From an uncultured Ardenticatenaceae bacterium (GTDB lineage: Bacteria; Chloroflexota; Anaerolineae; Promineifilales; Promineifilaceae), in the NCBI GenBank assembly GCA_964452775.1, contig CAYVQP010000009.1, positions 7,289-71,288 of the forward strand: a stretch of 64,000 nt of DNA, given 5' to 3'. The notes beneath the pieces are model-generated. The model saw only the letters and a program-made list of their open reading frames with translations. It was not told the DNA's origin and searched no databases. Each line of letters starts with the position of its first letter. Position 1 is the stretch's first letter. This document shows positions 28,223 through 37,278 of this stretch, one piece after another. A program made the translations under genes and the position numbers.

Positions 28223-29091
28223 TGGGTAACAAGGGTTACGCTGTACCCGAAGTACTTGTCTCGACTGATTGGGTGGCGGAAAACCTTGGCTATACGGACA
28301 GGGTCCGGCTGGTAGAGTCCAACGAGGATGTACTGCTTTACAGCACGGGCCATATTCGCAACGCCGTGCACATTGACTGGATGACGGACCTGAATGACGC
28401 TATCCGCCGCGACTACCTGGATGCGGAGCATTTTGCGTCGCTGATGGAACGGAACGGCATCAGCTATGACACGACGGTAGTTTTTTATGGCGATAAGAAC
28501 AACTGGTGGGCAACCTATGCCTTCTGGGTGTTCAAGTTGTTCGGCTTTGCGGACTGCCGGATCCTGGACGGCGGGCGCTTGAAATGGCTGGCTGAGGGTC
28601 GCGAAACGACAACGGACGTCCCGGCATTTCCGTCCGGCAACTACAAAGTCACGCAGCGTACGGACTACAAGATCCGAGCTTTCCGCGACCAGGTGCTGGA
28701 TCATGTCGCCCATGATCTACCGCTGGTAGACGTACGCAGCCCGCAGGAGTTTAGCGGCGAGTTGTTGCACATGCCTGGTTCACCGCAGGAAGGCGCGCTG
28801 CGCGGCGGCCATATCAGGGGTGCGCGTAGTGTGCCCTGGAGCCGCGCGGTTGCGGCGGACGCTACCTTTAAGCCGGCCGATGAGCTTCGCGCCATCTATG
28901 AGACGGAGCAGGGACTTTCGCCGGACCAGAGCGTCATTGCATATTGTCGCATCGGCGAGCGCAGCTCGCACACCTGGTTTGTGCTCACCTATCTGTTGGG
29001 CTATCCTTCCGTTCGTAATTACGATGGTTCCTGGACCGAATGGGGTAATCTCGTTGGCGTGCCAATCGAGAACCCCTCGCGTCAGATGTAG
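28222..29091 (+). CDS. Two-domain rhodanese (thiosulfate/3-mercaptopyruvate sulfurtransferase-like)
   Basis: Tandem rhodanese domains with active-site loop [10 protein letters not shown]. The start overlaps the sufD stop (TAATG). Confidence 0.85.
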   Translation: MGNKGYAVPEVLVSTDWVAENLGYTDRVRLVESNEDVLLYSTGHIRNAVHIDWMTDLNDAIRRDYLDAEHFASLMERNGISYDTTVVFYGDKNNWWATYAFWVFKLFGFADCRILDGGRLKWLAEGRETTTDVPAFPSGNYKVTQRTDYKIRAFRDQVLDHVAHDLPLVDVRSPQEFSGELLHMPGSPQEGALRGGHIRGARSVPWSRAVAADATFKPADELRAIYETEQGLSPDQSVIAYCRIGERSSHTWFVLTYLLGYPSVRNYDGSWTEWGNLVGVPIENPSRQM

Positions 29092-29159
29092 CATTTCTCA
29101 CCCGTGAAGGTGGGCGCCAATGCCGGCACGTTCCCCCTGGACGAGCAGGCAACTGAACT

Positions 29160-30389
29160 ATGCTTGATGTAGAGAAGATTCGCCAGGATTTCCCGATTCT
29201 GACCACGGAAATCTCGCCGGGGACGCCGCTCGTCTATCTGGATAGCGCCGCCTCATCACAAAAGCCGGAGGTGGTCATTGCGGCAATGGACCACTACTAC
29301 CGGGCGACGCACTCCAACGTCCATCGCGGCATCCATCACCTGAGTGAAATCGCCACCAACGCCTACGAAGGCGCGCGCGAACGCATCGCTCGCTTTGTCA
29401 ATGCGCCGGAGCCGGCAACCATCATCTACGTGCGCAACGCCACCGAGGGGATAAACCTGGTGGCTTCCAGCTGGGGGCGGGCAAACCTCTCCCCCGGCGA
29501 CGAAATCCTGCTGACGGAAATGGAGCACCACGCCAACATCGTCCCCTGGCAGCTTGTCGCGCAGCAGACCGGCGCGGTAGTGCGCTATGTGCCCTTCTGC
29601 GATGATGGCGCCCTGGATATGGAGGCCATTCCCCGCCTGTTGACGGAGAAGACGAAGCTATTCGCCTTTACCGCCATGTCCAACGTCTTCGGCACTATCA
29701 CGCCGGTCAAACAACTGGTGGCGGCGGCGAGAGCGGTTGGGGCGGTGACTCTGGTGGATGGAGCGCAGAGCGTGCCCCACATGCCGGTTGATGTGCAGGC
29801 GCTCGACTGCGATTTCCTGGTCTTTTCGGGCCACAAGATGTGCGGGCCGACCGGCATCGGCATTCTCTACGGCAAGCGTGCTCTGCTGGATGGCATGCCG
29901 CCATATATGGGCGGAGGAGACATGATCAGCCGGGTGCGCCTGGAAGGTTCGACCTGGAACGAGTTGCCCTGGAAGTTCGAGGCCGGCACACCCGCCATTG
30001 CGGAAGCGATCGGTCTGGGCGTGGCGGTTGATTACCTCGACGACATCGGGATGCCGGCCATCCACGCCTATGAGCAGTACGTGACCAGCTATGCGCTTGA
30101 GGCGCTGAGCGAGATTGGCGACCTGCGTTTGCTCGGGCCGCCGGCAGCCCAAAAGGGCGGCGCCGCCGCCTTTACCATCAAAGGCATGCATCCACATGAC
30201 ATCGCTCAGCTGGTCAATGAGGACGGCATCGCCATTCGCGCTGGTCACCATTGCGCCATGCCGATCCATCATAAGTTGGGCATTAGCGCTTCCGCCAGAG
30301 CTAGTTTCTACCTATATACAACAACTTCTGAGATTGATAAACTGGTAGCAAGCCTGCACAAAGCGAAAAGGACCTTTCGACTTCCTTAG
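29160..30389 (+). CDS. sufS: Cysteine desulfurase SufS (group II)
   Basis: ..YLDSAASSQKP.., PLP-lysine region FSGHKMCGPTGIG, and active-site Cys region RAGHHCAMP. Confidence 0.9.
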   Translation: MLDVEKIRQDFPILTTEISPGTPLVYLDSAASSQKPEVVIAAMDHYYRATHSNVHRGIHHLSEIATNAYEGARERIARFVNAPEPATIIYVRNATEGINLVASSWGRANLSPGDEILLTEMEHHANIVPWQLVAQQTGAVVRYVPFCDDGALDMEAIPRLLTEKTKLFAFTAMSNVFGTITPVKQLVAAARAVGAVTLVDGAQSVPHMPVDVQALDCDFLVFSGHKMCGPTGIGILYGKRALLDGMPPYMGGGDMISRVRLEGSTWNELPWKFEAGTPAIAEAIGLGVAVDYLDDIGMPAIHAYEQYVTSYALEALSEIGDLRLLGPPAAQKGGAAAFTIKGMHPHDIAQLVNEDGIAIRAGHHCAMPIHHKLGISASARASFYLYTTTSEIDKLVASLHKAKRTFRLP

Positions 30390-30441
30390 CAAAGATCACC
30401 TGACTCCTTCATCTACGGGGCAGGCTCCTGAGGGCGCAATT

Positions 30442-30849
30442 ATGAACACGGAAATCTACCGGGAGCTGATCATCGATCTGTACGAGAATCCGCTGAACTA
30501 TGGCGCGTTGGAGCAGTACGACTTCTCGTATGAGGAAGACAACCCGCTATGTGGAGATGTGGTCCGCATTGATGTGCAGCTCGATGATCAAGGTCGCGTC
30601 GCGCAGGTGCGTTGGGAGGGAGAGGGCTGCGCCATCAGTCAGGCGTCCGCGTCACTGCTCACCGAAGAAATAAAGGGTATGACGCTCGATGAAGTCAGGA
30701 CGTTTCCCAAAGAGCGTCTGCTGGAGCTGATTGGCGTTCCGCTCAGCATGGCGCGGGTCAAGTGCGCCCTGTTGTCATTGAAGGTGCTAAAGGCGGGGGC
30801 GTTTCATCTGCCGGCTCCTGAAGTAATGCGCGATGAAGGGGAGCAGTGA
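30442..30849 (+). CDS. sufU: SUF-system sulfur acceptor / scaffold SufU
   Basis: NPLCGD, GCAISQASAS and RVKCALL cysteine motifs. Confidence 0.85.
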   Translation: MNTEIYRELIIDLYENPLNYGALEQYDFSYEEDNPLCGDVVRIDVQLDDQGRVAQVRWEGEGCAISQASASLLTEEIKGMTLDEVRTFPKERLLELIGVPLSMARVKCALLSLKVLKAGAFHLPAPEVMRDEGEQ

Positions 30850-30912
30850 CCGGCAACCTCGCGCCATCGCCGCCCATCTTGTGTTCCGTAATAGAACCCC
30901 GACTTTGACCGA

Positions 30913-31230
30913 ATGGGTGAATTTGTAAGAGTAGCGCGCACTGACGACATCCCGCCGGGGGAGCGCTTCTGGTTCGAACTGGGGGAGGAGACCGTGGTCA
31001 TCTTCAACGTTGGCGGCCAATTCTACTGCATTGCCGACGTGTGCACGCATGACGGCGGCCCGCTGGAAGATGGGACTCTCGATGGATATGAAGTCGAATG
31101 TCCCCGGCATGGCGCGCGTTTTGACGTGCGCAACGGAGCCGCACTCTGCCTCCCGGCGGTCACTCCCGTGCCGTCCTACCGGACAAGGGTAGAGGACGGC
31201 ATCCTGTACGTTGAAGATCCGGATTGGTGA
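30913..31230 (+). CDS. Rieske [2Fe-2S] ferredoxin-like protein
   Basis: CTHDGGPL ... CPRHGARF (CxH...CxxH). Confidence 0.85.
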   Translation: MGEFVRVARTDDIPPGERFWFELGEETVVIFNVGGQFYCIADVCTHDGGPLEDGTLDGYEVECPRHGARFDVRNGAALCLPAVTPVPSYRTRVEDGILYVEDPDW

Positions 31231-31313
31231 TGGGGAGTTGCCGGACAGAGCGCCCACGTCCGGCCCGCGCGAAGTACACCCGGCAGATATCTTCGCATAG
31301 TGCCCTCCGGTAG

Positions 31314-31342
31314 TTGACAGTCCCCAGGAAATAACCTATATT
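31314..31342 (+). promoter_or_regulatory. Promoter: TTGACA, 17-nt spacer, TATATT
   Basis: -35 at 31314-31319 and -10 at 31337-31342. A 9-bp hairpin ATTTGCTCT/AGAGCAAAT spans 31340-31362. Confidence 0.5.
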
Positions 31343-31395
31343 TGCTCTGCTGTAGAGCAAATGTTTCATTACCGCAACATGGCATCAGGGATTGC

Positions 31396-33864
31396 ATGGA
31401 GATCGGACTCGTTCGCCAAATAGACATCAACGCTGAGATGCGTCAATCATATTTGAGCTACGCGATGAGCGTGATTGTTGCCCGCGCCTTGCCGGACGTG
31501 CGCGACGGGCTGAAGCCGGTGCAGCGCCGGATACTTTACGCGATGTACGACATGGGTCTTTGGCCGGATCGGCCATACCGCAAGTCGGCCCGCGTCGTCG
31601 GCGAGGTATTGGGGAAGTACCATCCCCACGGCGATCAGTCGGTCTATGATGCAATGGTTCGTCTGGCCCAGGATTTCTCCATGCGCTATCCGCTCGTTGA
31701 TGGCCAGGGCAACTTCGGCTCGATTGACGGAGATGGGGCGGCGGCGATGCGCTACACCGAGGCGCGCATGACCCGCCTGGGCTTCGATTTGCTGGAAGAT
31801 ATCGGCAAAGAGACGGTGGACTTCGTGCCCAACTTTGACGAGTCCATGTTGGAGCCGGCGGTCATGCCCAGCATCCTGCCCAATCTACTGATCAACGGTT
31901 CTTCCGGCATCGCCGTGGGCCTATCCACAAGCATCCCGCCGCATAATCTGGGAGAAGTGATAGATGGGCTGACTTTCCTGTTGGACAATTGGAAGCAGCA
32001 TGACCATGTCACTATCGGCGACTTGATGCGCTTTATCCAGGGGCCGGACTTCCCGACGGGCGGCCTAGTTTATCGTTATCGCGGCAACGGCGAGGCTGAC
32101 GCCTTGCGCAACGCCTATGCGACCGGGAGGGGGCAGATCAGCGTGCGCGCCAAGGCGCACGTTGAACAGATGGAGCGGAACAAATCCCGCATCGTCATTA
32201 CGGAACTCCCCTTCCAGATCAACAAAACCAACTTGCTCAGCAAGATCGCCGACCTGCATCGCGAGGGCCGGCTGGAAGGTCTTACGGACATGCGCGACGA
32301 ATCTGACCGCAATGGGATGCGCATTATTCTGGAGACCACCCGCACCGTCTCGCCAAAGGAACTGCTCGCCGAGCTGTTCCGGCTGACGCCCATGCAAAGC
32401 ACCTTCAGCATCATCATGGTGGCGCTGGTCAACGGCGAACCACGGGCGCTGACCCTCAAGCAGGTGTTGCGACATTATCTTGATCACCGGCTGGAGGTAA
32501 CTGAGCGCCGCGCCAGGTACGACCTGGCGAAAGCACGAGAGCGCGCCCACATTCTGGAAGGGTTGCTCATTGCGCTCGACAATTTGGACGCGGTAATCGA
32601 GACCATCCGGCATTCGCGGAACGCTGAGTCAGCGCGCGCGAATCTGATTCGCGCATTCAAACTGACCGAATTGCAGGCGCAGGCCATTCTGGATATGCAA
32701 CTGCGCCGTCTGGCCGCCCTGGAACAAAAGAACATTCGCACGGAATACGAAGAGAAGCTAAAGCTCATTGCCCGGTTGGAGCAACTGCTGGCCAGCCCGG
32801 AATTGATGCGTCGTTCCGTGCGGGACGAGCTCTCGGAAATCAAGAAGAAGTATGCTGATTTGCGCAGAACGCAGATCGTTGACCAGGCGGATGCCGAACC
32901 GGTGACTGCCGCAGACTTGCTGCCGGATGAGCAAGTCTGGGTAGTCATGGGCGAGCAGGGCACGCTGTCGCGCACACCGACTACAGAATTACCGCAGTTG
33001 GCCGCGAGTGCGGACGAGCCGCCAAAGGCCCTGCTTACCGCCAACACTCAGGATATCTTATACCTCTTCGTTGCCGATGGCCGGGCCATCAGCCTGCCCG
33101 TTTATCAGCTGCCAATCGCCAGGGAATTGGGCAAGGGCGCCCATGTGGCCGATATGACCGCCCTGACGCGGCGCAATCACGTGGCGACGGCGTTGGTGTT
33201 GCCGGCTTCCGCCGAAGGCTACCTCTTCCTGACTACGGTGGGAGGGGTGGTCAAACGCATTCGCGTGGAAGACTTGCCGGGCATTGTCACCGAGCCATTT
33301 ACTGTAATCAATGTGCCGGAGGATGACACGCTGTACGCGGTGGCGCACACGAGCGGGAACGACGAGGTGATACTGGTATCTCGAACCGGCCAGGCCATTC
33401 GTTTTCTGGAAGAGGAAGTGCGACCGATGGGGCTTGCGGCGGGCGGGATGAAAGGCATTCGCTTAGGTGGCGCGGACGACGGCGTGGTGGCATTGGACCT
33501 GGTCCGGCCGGACACCTTGCTCTGGTCAATAACCGACAACGGCCTGGCCAAGGCAACGCCAATCGATCAGTATCCGTTACAGGGGCGCTACGGCCAGGGC
33601 GTGATCAACCTGCGCCTTCCCGCCGGCGCAGAAGAGGTAGCAGCCGCGATCGTCGGGCCGGAGAATATGGAGATTGCTATCTGCACCACAAGAAGGGAGA
33701 TTTTCAGGTCAAGAATTGACCAGACGATTGTGGGGAGTCGCAGCATTAAGGCGCGGCCCCTGCTGAAACTTGGGCAACGAGCGCGGGTAGCGCGCGTGTT
33801 GGCGCTAAATGCATGGAAGTCGCCGGAAGAATTGGCCGGCAAACAACTGACATTATTGGACTGA
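31396..33864 (+). CDS. Type IIA DNA topoisomerase subunit A (GyrA/ParC family)
   Basis: [53 protein letters not shown] and [18 protein letters not shown] (catalytic Tyr region). No QxRGGxG GyrA box seen in the C-terminal domain. Confidence 0.9.
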   Translation: MEIGLVRQIDINAEMRQSYLSYAMSVIVARALPDVRDGLKPVQRRILYAMYDMGLWPDRPYRKSARVVGEVLGKYHPHGDQSVYDAMVRLAQDFSMRYPLVDGQGNFGSIDGDGAAAMRYTEARMTRLGFDLLEDIGKETVDFVPNFDESMLEPAVMPSILPNLLINGSSGIAVGLSTSIPPHNLGEVIDGLTFLLDNWKQHDHVTIGDLMRFIQGPDFPTGGLVYRYRGNGEADALRNAYATGRGQISVRAKAHVEQMERNKSRIVITELPFQINKTNLLSKIADLHREGRLEGLTDMRDESDRNGMRIILETTRTVSPKELLAELFRLTPMQSTFSIIMVALVNGEPRALTLKQVLRHYLDHRLEVTERRARYDLAKARERAHILEGLLIALDNLDAVIETIRHSRNAESARANLIRAFKLTELQAQAILDMQLRRLAALEQKNIRTEYEEKLKLIARLEQLLASPELMRRSVRDELSEIKKKYADLRRTQIVDQADAEPVTAADLLPDEQVWVVMGEQGTLSRTPTTELPQLAASADEPPKALLTANTQDILYLFVADGRAISLPVYQLPIARELGKGAHVADMTALTRRNHVATALVLPASAEGYLFLTTVGGVVKRIRVEDLPGIVTEPFTVINVPEDDTLYAVAHTSGNDEVILVSRTGQAIRFLEEEVRPMGLAAGGMKGIRLGGADDGVVALDLVRPDTLLWSITDNGLAKATPIDQYPLQGRYGQGVINLRLPAGAEEVAAAIVGPENMEIAICTTRREIFRSRIDQTIVGSRSIKARPLLKLGQRARVARVLALNAWKSPEELAGKQLTLLD

Positions 33865-33946
33865 CAGCCGGCGCAGGTTGTCAGCTGGCAGGTCGGCCGG
33901 CGTGCAAGGTCAGACCTGGAAACGTGCGCGGATCGAGGAGAGAACA

Positions 33947-34411
33947 ATGAACTTCAAGGATCACTGGGTGACTGACAGCGAGGGCCGCCAGTTTGTTTTT
34001 ACGGTGGAAATGCAGCGTGCTCTAAGTGAAGCCGGCTTACCGGTCGAGCCGGACCACGTCCGCGAGCTGGGAAAACTGCCCACCCCCCGGCCTTCGGGAA
34101 ACCGTTCGGACAGACCGCGCCAGGAGCCTGCCCCGGCAGCGCCGCCGGTGGAGATGGATGAACCGGCGACCATTCAAATAGACCCACGTACCGGCAAATA
34201 TCTGGGGCGCATGAAGTGGTACAATGCGACCAAGGGTTACGGTTTCATTGCTCGGGGCGGAGGCGAAGACATCTTCTTCCACAAATCATCCGTTACTTCC
34301 GATCCGGATTTGCTGGAGGAAGGTTGCTGGGTGCTTTATGATGTGGAGGAACGTCGCAAGGGCCTGGAGGCCGCTGAAGTGGAGCTTTATGAAGGCGACC
34401 CGCTGGAATAA
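33947..34411 (+). CDS. Cold-shock-domain protein with ~85-aa N-terminal extension
   Basis: C-terminal CSD: GRMKWYNATKGYGFIARGGGEDIFFH (RNP1-like KGYGFI). GAGGAGAG SD precedes ATG 33947. Confidence 0.75.
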   Translation: MNFKDHWVTDSEGRQFVFTVEMQRALSEAGLPVEPDHVRELGKLPTPRPSGNRSDRPRQEPAPAAPPVEMDEPATIQIDPRTGKYLGRMKWYNATKGYGFIARGGGEDIFFHKSSVTSDPDLLEEGCWVLYDVEERRKGLEAAEVELYEGDPLE

Positions 34412-34430
34412 TGCGGTACGGAAGTGAGCG

Positions 34431-34952
34431 ATGATTACTGAGAACTATGGCGCCGTTACCTGGAGGGGAGTGAAGCGGACCGTTCTAGGCGATCCGCTCA
34501 AGCCGGGCGACCTGGCGCCGGATTTCCAACTGACGGCTAACGATTGGAGCCAGGTCACGCTGGCCTCCTCGGCCGGCAAGGTGCGCCTGATTTCAGTGGT
34601 CCCCTCGCTCGATACCGGTGTATGCGACGCGCAGACCCGGCGTTTCAACGAAGAGGCCGCGGCTTTGGGCGAAGGCGTCGTGATCCTGACCGTCAGCGCC
34701 GATACGCCCTATGCCCAGCGCAGATGGTGTGGGGCCGCCGGGGTGAGCCGGGTGCAAACGCTATCTGACCACATGAACATGAACTTCGGCAATGCTTACG
34801 CCACCCATATGAAGGAAGTCCGCCTGGAACGGCGAGCAGTCTTCGTGGTGGATGCGAACGACCTCATTACCTATGTGGAATATATGCCGGACATCGTGCA
34901 GCACCCGGACTATGCCGGCGCGCTGGAGGCGGTCAAGAAGGCGCTAGAATAG
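34431..34952 (+). CDS. tpx: Thiol peroxidase (atypical 2-Cys peroxiredoxin)
   Basis: ISVVPSLDTGVCDAQTRRFNEEA and ..DTPYAQRRWCG.. motifs. Confidence 0.9.
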   Translation: MITENYGAVTWRGVKRTVLGDPLKPGDLAPDFQLTANDWSQVTLASSAGKVRLISVVPSLDTGVCDAQTRRFNEEAAALGEGVVILTVSADTPYAQRRWCGAAGVSRVQTLSDHMNMNFGNAYATHMKEVRLERRAVFVVDANDLITYVEYMPDIVQHPDYAGALEAVKKALE

Positions 34953-35007
34953 GCGAGTTGGGCGGAGAGCCGGGCCAGCCAAAAAAAGGCCCCTGTGGGT
35001 GGCGCTG

Positions 35008-36015
35008 TCAGTGGTGCTCGCCGCCCACCAGACGTGGGTCCAGGGCGTCGCGCAAGCCGTCGCCCAGCAGATTAAAGGCCAGCACGGTGATCATGATGCC
35101 GATGCCGGGGAAGAAGACAAGATACGGGGCGCTAAACACCTGGTTGCGCTCGCTGGCTAACATGAAGCCCCATTCCGGCGTGGGCGGCTGAGCGCCCAGG
35201 CCGATGAATGAGAGCGCCGCCGTGTCCAGGATGGCTGTGGCAATGCCCAGTGTGGCAGCGACAATCAGCGGGGGAAGGGAGTTTGGCAGGATGCGCCGGA
35301 ACAGAATTGAGCTTGTGCTTGCCCCCAGTGCGCGAGACGCCTCGACGAAATCATACTCACGCACGGACAAGACCGTCGCTCGTGTGACGCGCGCATAGGC
35401 TGGGATACTGATGATGGCGATAGCCAGCATGGCGTTGGTCAGGCCGGGGCCAATCACGCTGACGATCGCGATTGCCAGCAGCAAGAACGGGAAGGCCAGC
35501 ACCACATCCATCAGGCGCATGACGATGTTGTCGAATGCGCCGCCAAAGTAGCCGGCCATCGCTCCGATTAGCGTGCCCACGATGACCGCAAAGGCAACCG
35601 TGGTTACGCCAACGGTCAGGGACACCCGCGCACCATAGACGACGCGGGAGAATAGGTCGCGCACATTTCCGTCAATGCCCATCAAGTGCTGCGGCTGATC
35701 TTCGGGGCAGCCCAACAAGTGGATGCACGGGGGCTGGCGCTTCTTGACATCCTCGACCCCAATCAGCACCTGTTCGGGATTGTAGGGGGCTACGACCGGC
35801 GCAAAGATGGCCAGGAACACCAGGAAGGAGAGAATGATCATGCCCACTACGGCGGAGCGCTGCCGGAAGAGGCGCCGGAAGGTCAGTCGCCACAGGCTAT
35901 TCGCCCGATAGTCGCCGATATCAGCAACGCCGGCATCGTCCAGCTGCAGTTCAGTTACAGACGTGGTTGCCAGTGTACTTCCTTCCATAGTAGTTATCTG
36001 GCCGGCGGCGGGCAA
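35008..36015 (-). CDS. Peptide/nickel-type ABC transporter permease (DppC/OppC-like)
   Basis: N-terminal ..LWRLTFRRLFRQRSA.. and EAA-loop region ..EASRALGAS...ILPNSL... Confidence 0.9.
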   Translation of the reverse strand: MPAAGQITTMEGSTLATTSVTELQLDDAGVADIGDYRANSLWRLTFRRLFRQRSAVVGMIILSFLVFLAIFAPVVAPYNPEQVLIGVEDVKKRQPPCIHLLGCPEDQPQHLMGIDGNVRDLFSRVVYGARVSLTVGVTTVAFAVIVGTLIGAMAGYFGGAFDNIVMRLMDVVLAFPFLLLAIAIVSVIGPGLTNAMLAIAIISIPAYARVTRATVLSVREYDFVEASRALGASTSSILFRRILPNSLPPLIVAATLGIATAILDTAALSFIGLGAQPPTPEWGFMLASERNQVFSAPYLVFFPGIGIMITVLAFNLLGDGLRDALDPRLVGGEHH

Positions 36016-36047
36016 TCAAGAGCAGCCCTACCGGTAGGCCCACTTAA

Positions 36048-37127
36048 TCAATCCAGGCGAATACGCGGGTCAAGGTACGCATATGACAGATCAATGATCA
36101 GGTTAATGATTACGTATCCAATTGCAATCACCACCACAAAACCCTGAATAATGGGATAGTCTCGGGCGGTGATCGCCTCGAACAGCCCACGGCCGATGCC
36201 GCTCAGGCCAAACACACTCTCGGTGAGGATCGCCCCGCTGAGGACCAGGCCGAGTTGTAAGCCGGCTATGGTGACGATGGGCAGCAACGCGTTGCGAAAG
36301 GCATGCTTCAGGACAATTGTGTACTTGTCAAGTCCCTTCGCGCGCGCGGTGCGAATGTAATCCAGTCCCAGGACCTCCAGCATGGCGGATCGAGTCATGC
36401 GGGCGATGATGGCCATTGAGATCGTGCTTAGCGCCACCGCCGGCAAGATCAGGTGCATGGCGGCGTCGGTCAGCACTGACCAGGCCATCGTAATGATCGA
36501 ATTGAAGATGTAGAAGTTGGCGATGAATTCCGCTACCCCGGCTGAGAAGCTACCTTCCGTCATCACCCAACCCCAGACTTCATAGAATGGGATTGACTCT
36601 ACGCCGGCGGACAGCCTTCCGCTGGGTGGCAACGCAAAGATCGTGTTCTTGAGCAGCAGGGCAAATATGTATTGCAGCATTAAGCCCAACCAGAACACCG
36701 GCATGGACACGCCGATATTCGCCCCAACCATGGTCCCCACATCTATTGCCGAGTTTCGCCTTACCGCCGACAGAATGCCCAGCGGGATTCCGACAATTAA
36801 TGCAAAAGTCAGAGCGGCAATACCGAGTTCTAGTGTGGTCGGCATCTTTTCAATCAATATCTCGGTTACCGGGCGCTTGAAGCGGATCGAATCGCCCAGA
36901 TCGCCGCTGGCAATCTCCCGCAAGTATATGGCGAACTGCACCGGCAGCGGCTCGTCCAGTCCCCTGTCTTCAATGAACTTCGCACAGACTTCCGGCGTCG
37001 CCTTTTCGCCGAGTATGGCCGTGCAGGGATCTCCCGGGATCAGCCGGGCCAGCATGAAGGTAACGAACAATACCCCGAATACGACAGGGATAGCAGCAAC
37101 AAGCCGGCGAATGATGTACTGTGTCAT
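36048..37127 (-). CDS. Peptide/nickel-type ABC transporter permease (DppB/OppB-like)
   Basis: MTQYIIRRLVAAIPVVFGV.. and EAA loop ..DYIRTARAKGL....HAFRNALLP... Confidence 0.9.
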   Translation of the reverse strand: MTQYIIRRLVAAIPVVFGVLFVTFMLARLIPGDPCTAILGEKATPEVCAKFIEDRGLDEPLPVQFAIYLREIASGDLGDSIRFKRPVTEILIEKMPTTLELGIAALTFALIVGIPLGILSAVRRNSAIDVGTMVGANIGVSMPVFWLGLMLQYIFALLLKNTIFALPPSGRLSAGVESIPFYEVWGWVMTEGSFSAGVAEFIANFYIFNSIITMAWSVLTDAAMHLILPAVALSTISMAIIARMTRSAMLEVLGLDYIRTARAKGLDKYTIVLKHAFRNALLPIVTIAGLQLGLVLSGAILTESVFGLSGIGRGLFEAITARDYPIIQGFVVVIAIGYVIINLIIDLSYAYLDPRIRLD

Positions 37128-37149
37128 GGCCTAAGTCTGCCTTGACAAT

Positions 37150-37268
37150 GGCCATGAGTCCGGCCTTCACGACCGTAGCTCATGGCCAAGGATCAGGTGG
37201 GGCAGGACAACTGCTTGAAACAGCCATCCTGCCCCGAACGGAGCAAGGGTTAGCCCGAAAGCGGGCTA
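37150..37268 (-). other. Three GC-rich stem-loops between the SBP and permease genes
   Basis: TAGCCCG/CGGGCTA (37251-37268), GGGGCAGGA/TCCTGCCCC (37199-37235) and GGCCATGAG/CTCATGGCC (37150-37187). Confidence 0.5.
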
Positions 37269-37278
37269 TCTACCACAA

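Noticed and set aside
25335-33864. Checked SufB and the GyrA-family protein, and separately DnaK (51255-53162), for intein insertions or frameshifts.
   Set aside because: Lengths (478, 823 and 635 aa) and motif order are those of uninterrupted proteins. No Cys/Ser...HN splice-junction blocks were seen.
34975-35000. A8 tract (CCAAAAAAAAGGCCCC) between tpx and the convergent permease gene, considered as a bidirectional terminator.
   Set aside because: Only a 5-bp GGGCC/GGCCC pairing is possible, and it places the U-run inside the loop. This is not a canonical intrinsic terminator.
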